Shown here one piece after another: positions 18,013 through 27,131 of a stretch of 36,522 nt of DNA. The position numbers were made by a program, and so were the translations under genes. Source of the DNA: Candidatus Bathyarchaeota archaeon (GTDB lineage: Archaea > Thermoproteota > Bathyarchaeia > TCS64); the NCBI GenBank assembly GCA_030613835.1, contig JAUWLH010000002.1, positions 1 to 36,522 on the forward strand. Reading direction: 5' to 3'. Position 1 is the stretch's first letter, and each line of letters starts with the position of its first letter. Under the pieces are notes generated by a model that saw only the letters and a list, made by a program, of their open reading frames with translations, had not been told where the DNA came from and made no database searches.

Positions 18013-18463
18013 AGGTACGCCTCCTTAAGTTGTTGTCGTTGATATAACGCTGGAGCTCAGCCACGCTCCTGAACGTCCCGCCCTTTGCCTTCCTGTAAAG
18101 GCTGCGGTACGTTGAGACGCTGATGGTCCTGTTCTCCCTGAGCTTGACCAGCTTCTTCCTCTGGGCCCTGATGCGGTTCATCCAGCGGGTCTTCCTGCTG
18201 ACCACGGAGTACTTCTTTCCCTTCCTGCTTCCGGGTCCTATACGCCTGCCCTTTCTCTTTTTCTTGGCCAGCACGCGTGCCCTGCCCCTGCTTGGGCTGT
18301 TCTTGGGTAACGCCTTGATGGCCTTGGACTTTATCAGTGAACGGATCTCGACTCTCGTGATCGCCATGCTCACCTCGTCGCCCCGGTCTGGGTCTATCCA
18401 GACGCGGTGCACGCCGCAGTCGAGAACGGCTGACGCAATCTTGCGTTGACTTGATAGGTTCAT
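18005..18463 (-). CDS. rpl19e: 50S ribosomal protein eL19
   Basis: GVHRVWIDP, GPGSRKG and YRKAKGG. Confidence 0.96.
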   Translation of the reverse strand: MNLSSQRKIASAVLDCGVHRVWIDPDRGDEVSMAITRVEIRSLIKSKAIKALPKNSPSRGRARVLAKKKRKGRRIGPGSRKGKKYSVVSRKTRWMNRIRAQRKKLVKLRENRTISVSTYRSLYRKAKGGTFRSVAELQRYINDNNLRRRTFG

Positions 18464-18948
18464 TAATCGTCGTCCTCCTTTAGCTCTTCTTCCTCGGACT
18501 CATCTTCTTCCTCGTCCTCGTCATTAAGTTCCTCGAAGTCGTCCTCGGGCTCCATGACTCCTGGGTTGAGGATTCTGATCTTCAGCTCCTCAGCTTTCGC
18601 CAGTATGGTCTCTTTCTTTCTTCCGCCAACGGTTCCGCCTATCCTTGCGACCTGTGTCTCGGGATCGACCTTTTCAACGTCCTTGGCGTTCCAGACCATT
18701 ACCTCTTCCATTCCTGATGAGTGGAGTCCACGTACAGCTGCGGGTCCCCTGTATCCGATCTTTACAGACTTGGGCCATCCCTGTAGCTCGGTCCGCATCT
18801 TGTTGTCGATGCCTCTCGGTTTCTTCCAAATATCCTTGAGCCTTACAAATCTCCATGACTCGTACCTTTTGAAGTGTGGCCGTTTCTTTTTGATCCTATT
18901 TCGTATTCGTAATAGTCTTTTCTTTTCTGCTTGTTCCATTTGCCTCAC
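18463..18948 (-). CDS. rpl32e: 50S ribosomal protein eL32 with an acidic C-terminal tail
   Basis: RPHFKR, WKKPRGIDNKMR, GLHSSG and ILNP. The start may be 18948 (GTG) or 18939. Confidence 0.95.
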   Translation of the reverse strand: MRQMEQAEKKRLLRIRNRIKKKRPHFKRYESWRFVRLKDIWKKPRGIDNKMRTELQGWPKSVKIGYRGPAAVRGLHSSGMEEVMVWNAKDVEKVDPETQVARIGGTVGGRKKETILAKAEELKIRILNPGVMEPEDDFEELNDEDEEEDESEEEELKEDDD

Positions 18949-19478
18949 TCCTTTTTGTAGACGTAGATGCCGTCAAGGAATTTTCTTAGGTCCTTGTTCT
19001 TGATCTTCGTCGACTCCTGTATGTTTGCGGCTGTCTGGGCTACATGGTTGATATCAGCTCCGGTAACAATTATGTCATCCCCGTCCTGCGTGATCTCAAC
19101 GTTGCCCCTGATCCTTGCGACTCTCGGAGCCTGCTCACCGACGAAGTTATTGATTATAACTTTCTCCTTCTGAATGTTTATGGTCATAGGGAAGTGGATG
19201 AACACAATCTTTAGTCTGTATTTGAATCCCTCGGTCACACCGATTATCATGTTATTGACATGACTCGCGATGGTTTTGACGAGGGCTGCCTGTTTCCTCC
19301 TCGGGTTTTCGACCCAAATGCGGAGGCTGGAATCCTGATAGCCTATATTCAGGCCAGCGTGACCGAAATCATACTCTATCGCTCCATTGGTTCCTGTGAC
19401 TGCAACCTTATGCCCATTTAGGGTCAGGTTTACTCCCTCAGGTACCGTAACAATTTGCTCTACTATTTGAACAGTCAC
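18945..19478 (-). CDS. rpl6: 50S ribosomal protein uL6
   Basis: SHVNNMIIGVTEGF, HFPM and KFLDGIYV. Start reassigned to GTG 19478 after AGGTG, which avoids the overlap with uS8. Confidence 0.95.
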   Translation of the reverse strand: MTVQIVEQIVTVPEGVNLTLNGHKVAVTGTNGAIEYDFGHAGLNIGYQDSSLRIWVENPRRKQAALVKTIASHVNNMIIGVTEGFKYRLKIVFIHFPMTINIQKEKVIINNFVGEQAPRVARIRGNVEITQDGDDIIVTGADINHVAQTAANIQESTKIKNKDLRKFLDGIYVYKKE

Positions 19479-19489
19479 TTTTTTTACAC

Positions 19490-19882
19490 CTAATAGACGT
19501 AGGCGAGCACTACGCCGCCTACGTTCTCTTCCTTTGCTTGGACGTGGTCCATTATGCCCTTGGGGGTGCTCAGTATGACAAATCCCATGTTTCTGCTGGG
19601 CAGGAAACGTTTCTCCCATTTCTCCATCTCGGAGACACGGGTCTTGTAGCGTGGCCTAACCGCCATGCACTTGTTGATCCTGCCAAATAGCTGTACCCGG
19701 AACTTGCCCTGACGACCATCATCGATGTACTCGATCTCTCCTACATATCCTTTGGACTGGATAAGGCGGAGTACACGTCCGACTATATCGGACGCTGGAG
19801 TGATGATACACTCGCCCTTGCGCCTACCCTCGTTGGCTAATATCGTATTTAATGCGTTTACTAGTGGGTCCAATATTATCAC
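19490..19882 (-). CDS. rps8: 30S ribosomal protein uS8
   Basis: DPLVNAL, IDDGRQG, GRINKC, STPKGIM and GGVVLAYVY. Confidence 0.96.
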   Translation of the reverse strand: MIILDPLVNALNTILANEGRRKGECIITPASDIVGRVLRLIQSKGYVGEIEYIDDGRQGKFRVQLFGRINKCMAVRPRYKTRVSEMEKWEKRFLPSRNMGFVILSTPKGIMDHVQAKEENVGGVVLAYVY

Positions 19883-20043
19883 CTATACTTTTTGAATCCC
19901 ATTTTTCCCGCTACCTCTCGGAAACACTGCCTGCATAAGTTTATGCCGTAGCGCCTGATGAGACCGTCGTGGGTCCCACACCTAGTACATCCTCGGCTTC
20001 CCTTACCATAGCTTCTTTCCTTAGGTGGAATCTGATTGCTCAA
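19879..20043 (-). CDS. rps14: 30S ribosomal protein uS14 (Zn type)
   Basis: Not in the ORF track. Translation: [57 protein letters not shown] start, at the canonical position between uL5 and uS8. Confidence 0.95.
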   Translation of the reverse strand: MSNQIPPKERSYGKGSRGCTRCGTHDGLIRRYGINLCRQCFREVAGKMGFKKYR

Positions 20044-20044
20044 T

Positions 20045-20563
20045 TTATTCAAGCTCCATGGTCACGTCAAATTTCTCGGAGATGAACTCCCGAGACTCCT
20101 CTGGAGTTACACGGTGTGAACTTCCGACCTTTGACTGACCTCTCTTTTTTCTGTTTACCCTGAAGCCTGGTCTCTCAACGGTCGTCATGACATCCATGCC
20201 GATAATCCCAGTGGCAGGATCGTACCTGGTTCCTGGGATATCGATATGCTCTCGGATGCCGAATGCAAAGTTGCCATTCTTGTCGAAGCTTTTTGGGTTT
20301 ATCTTGTGCCTGACGGCTGTGAACGCCTTCTGTAGGAATGCGTCAGCTCGCTCGCCACGCAGTGTAACTGCACAGGCCATGGGTTCTCCTTTTCGGATTC
20401 CCCACTGCCTGATGGTCATCTTGGCTGAACGCTGTGAGGGATTCTGTCCTGTGATATCCTTCAGGATCTGCATCGCGTTACTCAGCGGCTGGCCGCTCTG
20501 GCCTACACTGATATTAACGACAACTTTCCCGATCTTTATCTGCTTCATTAAGTTATCGGACAT
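20045..20563 (-). CDS. rpl5: 50S ribosomal protein uL5
   Basis: [29 protein letters not shown] and IIGMDV. Confidence 0.96.
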   Translation of the reverse strand: MSDNLMKQIKIGKVVVNISVGQSGQPLSNAMQILKDITGQNPSQRSAKMTIRQWGIRKGEPMACAVTLRGERADAFLQKAFTAVRHKINPKSFDKNGNFAFGIREHIDIPGTRYDPATGIIGMDVMTTVERPGFRVNRKKRGQSKVGSSHRVTPEESREFISEKFDVTMELE

Positions 20564-21300
20564 TATTCTTCCCCTGCGTTGAGTTTGATAACGGGCTCAT
20601 TTACGCCTACCACGAACAGGTATTTTGACAGTGTACGGATATCGTTCCCCTCAAGTGTCCTGATTGTCGCGGTCTTTTTCCAGCCTGGTTCAGTGCCGAG
20701 TCCAGTGAGGACTCCTTGTTCGCCCTGGCTTTTGCCGCCCGTGATTATTACCTGCTGCATCTCCTTGAACTCGATAGAGTCCTGGATCTCCTTTTCAGGT
20801 ACCTTTATCTTCAGCACGTCGTTAACCTTGTACTTGTCAGTCTCTGTGTTGAGTACCACGTTGTTTCCATCGTGGAGGTTCAGCTGGGTCTTGCCGGCCT
20901 TTAGGCTGGTCTTCCCGATGATCCTGCACAGTTTGAATTGGGCCTCCTCAGCCGTGATGGCGAGGAACTTTAGCTTGCCACCGTGATCCGGGAGCACCCT
21001 GAAGTACTCCTTGGTGTCAGGGATATGAACTACGTCCATCAGTCCAACAGGAAACCTGTCGTCCTTCCTGACCTTACCATCGATAAGCATTTTGCCGTTC
21101 TTGATTAGTGATTTTGCCTCACGTGCAGTGGTGGCGTACTTGAACTGGTCTCTCAGTATCACCTTCGTCGGGATGCTTGTTTTCAAGCTGTGTGGGCCTG
21201 AGCTTGGTCTTACTGCCCAAGTGCCACCCTTACGGTGGATGGGCCAGAAAGCTGGACTCATATGCCTCTTTAGATGCTTTGTTGGTCCTTTGTTTCCCAT
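20563..21300 (-). CDS. rps4e: 30S ribosomal protein eS4
   Basis: KHLKR...GPHS, FPVGLMDV and QLNLHDG. Start set to the ATG at 21300. Confidence 0.96.
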   Translation of the reverse strand: MGNKGPTKHLKRHMSPAFWPIHRKGGTWAVRPSSGPHSLKTSIPTKVILRDQFKYATTAREAKSLIKNGKMLIDGKVRKDDRFPVGLMDVVHIPDTKEYFRVLPDHGGKLKFLAITAEEAQFKLCRIIGKTSLKAGKTQLNLHDGNNVVLNTETDKYKVNDVLKIKVPEKEIQDSIEFKEMQQVIITGGKSQGEQGVLTGLGTEPGWKKTATIRTLEGNDIRTLSKYLFVVGVNEPVIKLNAGEE

Positions 21301-21302
21301 TT

Positions 21303-21680
21303 TTAAACCTCCGCGCTGAAGCCTTTGCGCTCCAGAATATCTTTTCTCCATTGGTCGTTGAGGTTCAACCTCGTGATTATAACGTTCTCGGCCCTTACCG
21401 GGATCTGAACCATAGATCCATCCTGGCGTGTTCTTGTGACGCCCTCGATGTAGACCTTGCTCTCAGCGGTGTTTACCTTGAGAACCTTACCCTCGGATAG
21501 CTTTCTGTCGCCCTTGGTGATGCTGACGGTGTCGTCAACGATTACTGGCATGGAACGTGTCCCATACTCAGCCCTTAGGCTTGGGGATAGCGGTGCTGAG
21601 AGGAATTTACGCTTGATGTGGTGCGGCGCGTTGTACCTGCGTCTTCTTGCAGTTGATGGCTTCCTGATGCCTTTCTTCAT
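21303..21680 (-). CDS. rpl24: 50S ribosomal protein uL24
   Basis: YNAPHH, LSAPLS and ENVIITRL. The start may be ATG 21680 or TTG 21689. Confidence 0.94.
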   Translation of the reverse strand: MKKGIRKPSTARRRRYNAPHHIKRKFLSAPLSPSLRAEYGTRSMPVIVDDTVSITKGDRKLSEGKVLKVNTAESKVYIEGVTRTRQDGSMVQIPVRAENVIITRLNLNDQWRKDILERKGFSAEV

Positions 21681-21681
21681 C

Positions 21682-22101
21682 TTAGACAACCATCCTTGCT
21701 AGGTTCCCAATCCTAGACCAGCGCTGGACTGCCTCCTGCGCAACCGGCCCCTTGATATCGGATCCCCTCAGAGTGCCCTCAGCAGTCAGTATGACGGCTG
21801 CATTGTCCTCGAACTGGATCCTGCTGCCGTCCTGCCTCTGGTATGGACGCCTCTGCCTTACAATAACAGCGTTGAAGAGCTGCCTCCTCATCTCGGGTGT
21901 ACCCTCCCTGCATGAGACAATCACAAGGTCGCCTATGCCTGCTGAGGGTAACCTACGCCTACGGCCCTTGTACCCAACCATCTGAATTATCTTCAGCTTC
22001 CTTGCACCCGTGTTGTCCGCGCAGTTAACCACGCTGCCAATCGTGAGTCCGCCGCTGGTCTTCCGCCTTGGAAGAATACGACGTTTAATTCTCTTACTCA
22101 T
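21682..22101 (-). CDS. rpl14: 50S ribosomal protein uL14
   Basis: CADNTGA, FEDNAAV and IKGPVA. Confidence 0.96.
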   Translation of the reverse strand: MSKRIKRRILPRRKTSGGLTIGSVVNCADNTGARKLKIIQMVGYKGRRRRLPSAGIGDLVIVSCREGTPEMRRQLFNAVIVRQRRPYQRQDGSRIQFEDNAAVILTAEGTLRGSDIKGPVAQEAVQRWSRIGNLARMVV

Positions 22102-22105
22102 GCGA

Positions 22106-22420
22106 TTAAGCCTCCTTGATCATCTCGACTACGACGAAGGACTTTGTCTTGCTGAGTGGCCTGCACTCCGCGATCCTTACGATGTCACCGACCTTTAGCG
22201 GGATACATGTGGTGCTGTGAGCTGGGATACGGCTCCTCATCCGAGCGTATCTCTCATATTTTTTATCATACCTGAGGTAGTTTAACTGTACTATACACGA
22301 CTTTTGCATACGAGCACTAACAACTGTAGCCTCCATGATCCTGCCCCTTACGGCTAACTCGCCGTGAAACGGACAGTCCTTGTCGCTGCATTCTAGCTCA
22401 GGTTTCTTAAGGGATATCAT
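22106..22420 (-). CDS. rps17: 30S ribosomal protein uS17
   Basis: DCPFHG and ECRPLSKTKSF. Confidence 0.96.
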   Translation of the reverse strand: MISLKKPELECSDKDCPFHGELAVRGRIMEATVVSARMQKSCIVQLNYLRYDKKYERYARMRSRIPAHSTTCIPLKVGDIVRIAECRPLSKTKSFVVVEMIKEA

Positions 22421-22432
22421 TTCCTTTTTGCC

Positions 22433-22714
22433 CTACCATTTCCTTTTGTTCTGTTTTTTTACCCGGTCCTCGGGTCTTCCTATGAGGGTTCTTCCCTCTA
22501 CTTTGACGGCTACTCCGTCCAGACTGAACCTGAAGACAGCGTCTTTCTTGGCTATCCGCTTCAGCCCAGCGCTCTGGATGACAAGGGTTTTCATGGTCTC
22601 GTCAACCACTTTTCCCCTGAGTTTGACATTGGATGGGTTGCTGTCATTCAGCACCTCCACCTCAAGTCCTACTAGTTCGCTTCGAAGGATGTAAGCTAGT
22701 TCAGGGGGAACCAG
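22433..22714 (-). CDS. rnp1: Ribonuclease P protein subunit Rpp29/Pop4
   Basis: ILRSELVGLEVEV, GKVVDET and GRPEDR, at the canonical position between uL29 and uS17. The start is inferred at CTG 22714. Confidence 0.9.
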   Translation of the reverse strand: MVPPELAYILRSELVGLEVEVLNDSNPSNVKLRGKVVDETMKTLVIQSAGLKRIAKKDAVFRFSLDGVAVKVEGRTLIGRPEDRVKKQNKRKW

Positions 22715-22719
22715 TCTCG

Positions 22720-22917
22720 CTACTCCTCCTCGTTGATGACGGTCAGGATACGGGCGATTGCCTTCCTGAGCACCTTGGCCCTGCCAGGGTTCTCAACGGC
22801 TCCGCCAGCCATGATCATCGTCTTCATCTTCGTGACCTCAGTCCGCAGCTCCTGGAGTTTCTCGTTCCTCTCTGCCTCGGACATATCACGGATTTCCTGC
22901 ATTCGGACGATAGGCAT
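22720..22917 (-). CDS. rpl29: 50S ribosomal protein uL29
   Basis: EIRDMS, ENPGRAK and RKAIARILT. Confidence 0.95.
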   Translation of the reverse strand: MPIVRMQEIRDMSEAERNEKLQELRTEVTKMKTMIMAGGAVENPGRAKVLRKAIARILTVINEEE

Positions 22918-24308
22918 TACTGCTTCTCCTCCTCAGGCTGGTCATCTGTGGCTTCCTCTGCCTTATCGGCCTCGGGCTTAGGCTTGACTTTTGGCTCGGG
23001 TTCCACTTTTTCTACCTCGGGTTCGGCCACTGGCTTTGGCTCTGAGACAAGCTCCGGCTCAGCCGCTGGTTCCTTTGGTGCCTCCTCTGGCGCGGTAACC
23101 TCAGGTGCTGACTCCTTAATGACTGGCTCAGCCTGTGGCTCCTCTACTGCCTCGGGTTCTATTTCAACTGCTTCCTCAGGGGCTGATTCCTCAACCACTG
23201 GATCCACAGCAGGCTCCTCAACAGGAGTTTCTTCCTGTGCGGATGCCTCTTCTTCGACAACCTCATCAACAGTAGCTGGCTCGGCTGCCTCGATTATTTC
23301 TTCGACTGCTGGCTCCTCTGCAACTGATTCCTCAGTGACTGCTGCCACTGGCTCCTCAACAGCTGGTTCCTCTACAGTTGTTTCTACCTCGACAACTGGT
23401 TCAGCTGTCTTAAGTATCTCCTCAACAGTCTCGGGTACTTCCTCGACTGCTGGCTCTTCCATGGCTGGTTCCACGGGGGCTGACCCCTCAACCACCGCTT
23501 CCTCAACCACTGGATCCACAGCAGTCCCCTCCACTTGAGTCTCCTCCTGTGCGGGTGCCTCCTCCGATGCAGCCTCATCCGTAATGACTGGCGTGGCTAC
23601 CTCGACACCTGGCTCGACGGCTTTGATTGTCTCTTCGACTACGGGCTCAACTGCCACGGGAACCTCGGCAACTATTTCTGGTTCCTCCATAGGTAGCTGG
23701 TACTCGATGTCAGGTAGGCCCTCAAGGCTCACCTTGTCAGGGAACTTTGCGTCAGGTGGAACGATCTTCACCGTAACGCCCAATGTGCCCCTCTTCATTT
23801 TAACGTGAATAGTCGCGGTCTTCACGTTTCTCAGTGCGGGCTCTCCCGACTTTGGCACGTATCCCTCGACTACCTTCTCGAAACGTGATCTGGCGCTTCT
23901 AAGTGGGCCCTTTAGCAGTATCTCGCATCCAAGTGCCCCACTGTCCATTATACGCCTTAGGCTCCAGAAGATTGCTCTCCTGAAGTGGACTCCCCTCTCC
24001 AACGCGTTGGCTATCCTTGAAGCCATGATCGCGGGGTTAAGCTCAGGGACCTCGACCTCAATAACCGTAATCTGTGGGTTAGGTAGGCCAAGCTCTTTCT
24101 CAAGCCGCTCTGATGCGGCCTTGATTGCCCTACCCCTCTTACCGATGACCCTTCCGGGTTTCATGGCGTAGAGGTTAATCTGTGCACCCATGGGGGTCTT
24201 GGTCAGAGTGATTCCCCCGTATCCTGCCTGCTCGTACTCCTCTGCAAGCAGTTCATCGACTTTAACCCTTTCGATGTTGTTCTTGATGATTCTTCTGACT
24301 ATTGACAC
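22917..24308 (-). CDS. rps3: 30S ribosomal protein uS3 with a ~265-aa Glu/Pro/Val/Ala-rich C-terminal extension
   Basis: KH motif PGRVIGKRG, ERGVHFRRA, GALGCEI and GTLGVTVKI, followed by a low-complexity tail. GTG start. Confidence 0.96.
   Translation of the reverse strand: MSIVRRIIKNNIERVKVDELLAEEYEQAGYGGITLTKTPMGAQINLYAMKPGRVIGKRGRAIKAASERLEKELGLPNPQITVIEVEVPELNPAIMASRIANALERGVHFRRAIFWSLRRIMDSGALGCEILLKGPLRSARSRFEKVVEGYVPKSGEPALRNVKTATIHVKMKRGTLGVTVKIVPPDAKFPDKVSLEGLPDIEYQLPMEEPEIVAEVPVAVEPVVEETIKAVEPGVEVATPVITDEAASEEAPAQEETQVEGTAVDPVVEEAVVEGSAPVEPAMEEPAVEEVPETVEEILKTAEPVVEVETTVEEPAVEEPVAAVTEESVAEEPAVEEIIEAAEPATVDEVVEEEASAQEETPVEEPAVDPVVEESAPEEAVEIEPEAVEEPQAEPVIKESAPEVTAPEEAPKEPAAEPELVSEPKPVAEPEVEKVEPEPKVKPKPEADKAEEATDDQPEEEKQ
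23187..23524. repeat. Internal duplication in the uS3 tail
   Basis: An identical 26-mer, ttcctcaaccactggatccacagcag, at 23187-23212 and 23499-23524, 312 bp apart and in frame. Confidence 0.85.
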
Positions 24309-24769
24309 TAGTACTCCTCCACTGCGACCTCGATGTGGGTCAGGTGCTTGTAGTATGGCGATGCTCTTCCGAACGCCCTAGGAATGAACTTCCTGATGAC
24401 CCTTGCCCTGTGGGCGGCCATGTGAATTATCCTGAGCCTGTCTGCGTATAATCCCTTGAACTCGGCGTTAGCCTCCACTGAGTCCAAGATTTTCAGTATC
24501 TCTCCGGCGGCCTTTTCAGGGTATCTTCCGGCATCGTGACCGTTAAGTCCTTTACGATGGGGGGTCTTGCCTCTATACCGGTAGTAGGGTACTGCGCGTT
24601 TCTTGTCTATGACGTCGTTTAGGAATGTCTTTGCATCGTCCAGTTTCATTCCTTTGAGTGTGTTACAGATCTCACGTGATATTTTTGGTTTAATCCTGAG
24701 ATCCCTGCCGCTGGCTATGGCGGTCTTATCAGGGTCTAGCCCTTGCACTGAATATTTCCATGATGGCAT
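24308..24769 (-). CDS. rpl22: 50S ribosomal protein uL22
   Basis: GRYPEKAA, NAEFKGL and PRAFGRA. Confidence 0.96.
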   Translation of the reverse strand: MPSWKYSVQGLDPDKTAIASGRDLRIKPKISREICNTLKGMKLDDAKTFLNDVIDKKRAVPYYRYRGKTPHRKGLNGHDAGRYPEKAAGEILKILDSVEANAEFKGLYADRLRIIHMAAHRARVIRKFIPRAFGRASPYYKHLTHIEVAVEEY

Positions 24770-24805
24770 ATACGCACCGTGTGTCTACCTTGAATCCAGC
24801 CTTCG

Positions 24806-24813
24806 TATATAAA
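24806..24813 (-). promoter_or_regulatory. Candidate internal TATA box upstream of rpl22
   Basis: TTTATATA on the minus strand, 36 nt upstream of the ATG, in a 183-bp AT-rich gap. Confidence 0.55.
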
Positions 24814-24952
24814 TCGTTCTGAATGGTAGGTATTTTTGTCGATGTCTACTTACTTTCGTCATTTTGTATATTCATATATGTTCTTCATTGAAATTCTATC
24901 GTTTTAATGATGAGCTATTGTAATGAAAAATATGTAAAATGAAGTAGGAATA

Positions 24953-25336
24953 CTACTTCAGTGGGATGTACATGCTACTACGCGATGCTCCGATACCGGG
25001 GCGTCCATGGCGTACTATTGCCATTGGGCTCGCATATTCGCCAAGATAGTGGCCAAGCATCTTCTGGTTGATGACAACCTCCCTAAAATCCCTGCCAGTG
25101 TAGCAGTAGATGGTCTTACCCAGCATATCAGGCACGATGACCAGGTCTCTTGCGTGAGTCCTGACCGGTTTGCCTTTATTTCTCCTGAGTTTCTCAAGAA
25201 CGATCCTCTGCTCTGCGCTGAGACCCCGTTGGAGGCTTCTCCTCATCCTTGAAGGAAGCAGTCGGATGAACTCGTCCATTGACATGTCCTGAAGCTCCTC
25301 GACCGTCTTTCCTCTGTAGTTAAAGTCTTTGGGCAT
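24953..25336 (-). CDS. rps19: 30S ribosomal protein uS19
   Basis: YRGKT, VRTHARD, MLGHYLGEY and HGRPGIGASRSS. Confidence 0.96.
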   Translation of the reverse strand: MPKDFNYRGKTVEELQDMSMDEFIRLLPSRMRRSLQRGLSAEQRIVLEKLRRNKGKPVRTHARDLVIVPDMLGKTIYCYTGRDFREVVINQKMLGHYLGEYASPMAIVRHGRPGIGASRSSMYIPLK

Positions 25337-25371
25337 ATTGTTTCACCTGTAGTTTAAGGGGTATTAAACCC

Positions 25372-26097
25372 TTAGTTTCTCCTCCTCTGGCGCCTTCCGC
25401 TGTTACGTGCGGCGATCAGCCCTACCTTTGCACCTGGTGGCGCATGGCGGCTGACAGTCGTTGATTTACCTGGCCTCCTATGGCGACCTCCTCCGTGGGG
25501 GTGCATGGCGGCTGGCATCTTTACGCCGTGGGCGGTTGGGTATTTGTGTCCCTTTGCCTTCTTTTTGTGGAACTTTTCACCGGCCTTCATGAAGGGTCGC
25601 TCTAGGCGTCCCCCTCCACTGATGATGCCGATGGTGGCCCTTGAGTTGCTTGTTACTCTGATGATTCGTCTGCTTGGTAGTCTAACTGTGGTGTAGTTGT
25701 CAATGTGTGCTATTACTGTGCCGAATGCTCCACTGCTTCTGGCGATCTTACCGCCGTCGCCTGGACGTAGCTCGATATTGGACACCATTGTTCCTTCAGG
25801 TATTTCCTTCAGGTGGAGAACGTTGCCCACTTTGGGGTCCGCGCCTACGCCAACCATGATTGGTTGGTTCAGGCTGATGCCCTCTGTGGCCGTGACGTGG
25901 TATCCATTACCGGGGCTGAACTCGATATACGCAAGGGGTGCTCCCCTCCCGGGTTCATGCTCCATTGATTTAACAAAACCCTGCTGCACTTCCGCTGTGA
26001 TAGTGGGGTACTTTGATGGCGCCTTCTTGTTCATTTTCGCCGCTTTGTACGTATGTCCTCCGCGGCCTCTTCTCTGTACTCTTAGTTTCTTTCCCAT
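25372..26097 (-). CDS. rpl2: 50S ribosomal protein uL2
   Basis: QRRGRG, HEPGRGAP, PGDGGKIARSSG, HPHGGG and KVGLIAAR. Confidence 0.97.
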   Translation of the reverse strand: MGKKLRVQRRGRGGHTYKAAKMNKKAPSKYPTITAEVQQGFVKSMEHEPGRGAPLAYIEFSPGNGYHVTATEGISLNQPIMVGVGADPKVGNVLHLKEIPEGTMVSNIELRPGDGGKIARSSGAFGTVIAHIDNYTTVRLPSRRIIRVTSNSRATIGIISGGGRLERPFMKAGEKFHKKKAKGHKYPTAHGVKMPAAMHPHGGGRHRRPGKSTTVSRHAPPGAKVGLIAARNSGRRQRRRN

Positions 26098-26106
26098 CTC
26101 TCACAC

Positions 26107-26367
26107 CTACAATATTCCCAGACGGATAGCGACGTCTGATGCGTCGTACTCGTCCGTAAGCTTAACGAATGCTTTCTTGGTTCCCTTTCTAGTGATTAGC
26201 GTATTAATATCCTCGGCCTCGACTTCGTAGAGTTCCTTGATAGCAGCTGCGATCTGGTGCTTGTTGGCGCGCCTGTCGCAGATGAAGACGAGTTTGTTCT
26301 CGTTCTCGATCATGTTGACGCTGCGCTCAGTCATCAATGGGAACATTATGATTTCATGTGCTTCCAT
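26107..26367 (-). CDS. rpl23: 50S ribosomal protein uL23
   Basis: PLMTE, ENENKLVF and KKAFVKL. The start may be 26367 or 26382. Confidence 0.95.
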   Translation of the reverse strand: MEAHEIIMFPLMTERSVNMIENENKLVFICDRRANKHQIAAAIKELYEVEAEDINTLITRKGTKKAFVKLTDEYDASDVAIRLGIL

Positions 26368-26369
26368 TT

Positions 26370-27131
26370 TTATCTCATCCATACCTCATCTATTTGACCA
26401 AAGGCCGACTCGGTCCAGAGGACCAGCCTGCCTGGGTGGGCGCCAGGTGCAAGTAGCTCGGCGTTCAGACCCGCCACGCTACATATCTCGACGCCCGGTA
26501 GGTTACGTGCTGCATATCCTATCCCGTTGTCCTCGGAGACTACGATGAGTGGGCCCTTGCCCTTTTTGTGCTTGCGTCCCCTCATCTTGCCCCTTCCAGC
26601 TCTTACCTTCCTCCGGTCGGCGCGTTCAACGTCGTCCTGGACTCCGATGGCTATGAATAGGGCTTCTACGTCCTTGGTTTTTTGTAGGGATTGTATCTCA
26701 TTCGAGACTACTATTGGAAGATGTTCGGACTCGAACTTGTGTCCGCGCTTTTCTACGAGTTCCTTAACAGCTGTCGCTGCGATTCCCGACCTTATAGCGA
26801 ACCTTTTCTCTTTCTTGTTGATCCGCTTAACGATGACTTTCTCAGAACGTGGAGGGAAGGCCGCGTGGCCACCTACTATGCTTACGCCGAAGGCTGCTCT
26901 GCTGCTTCCCTTGAGCCTGGGAACTCGGGCTATGCCGTGGCCTGTTCCGCGGGACTCTGCCGTAGTGTGCTTCCCAGCCATGGGATCCCTGCCCTGGGGC
27001 TGGAACCTTGTGCTTTGAAGCGCAATTACTGCTTTTCTGATTACATCGTGCCTGACAGGTGTACTGAACACCTTTGGTAGTTCTACTTCGCCTGTTTTCT
27101 CGTTCTGGAGATTGATTACTGGTATCTTCAT
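26370..27131 (-). CDS. rpl4: 50S ribosomal protein uL4
   Basis: QPQGRDPMAG, RAGRGKMRGR and LLAPGAHPGRL. Confidence 0.96.
   Translation of the reverse strand: MKIPVINLQNEKTGEVELPKVFSTPVRHDVIRKAVIALQSTRFQPQGRDPMAGKHTTAESRGTGHGIARVPRLKGSSRAAFGVSIVGGHAAFPPRSEKVIVKRINKKEKRFAIRSGIAATAVKELVEKRGHKFESEHLPIVVSNEIQSLQKTKDVEALFIAIGVQDDVERADRRKVRAGRGKMRGRKHKKGKGPLIVVSEDNGIGYAARNLPGVEICSVAGLNAELLAPGAHPGRLVLWTESAFGQIDEVWMR

Noticed and set aside
19479..19619. Apparent N-terminal extension of uL6 in the ORF track
   Set aside because: It overlaps uS8 in another frame. GTG 19478 with an SD-like motif gives a normal-length protein.
21301..21351. Apparent N-terminal extension of eS4
   Set aside because: It overlaps uL24, and the conserved MGNKG start is at 21300.
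22633..23538. 301-aa Ser/Thr/Gly-rich + strand ORF resembling a mucin or S-layer linker
   Set aside because: It is the antisense shadow of the low-complexity uS3 tail and also overlaps uL29 and rnp1. It has no signal peptide.
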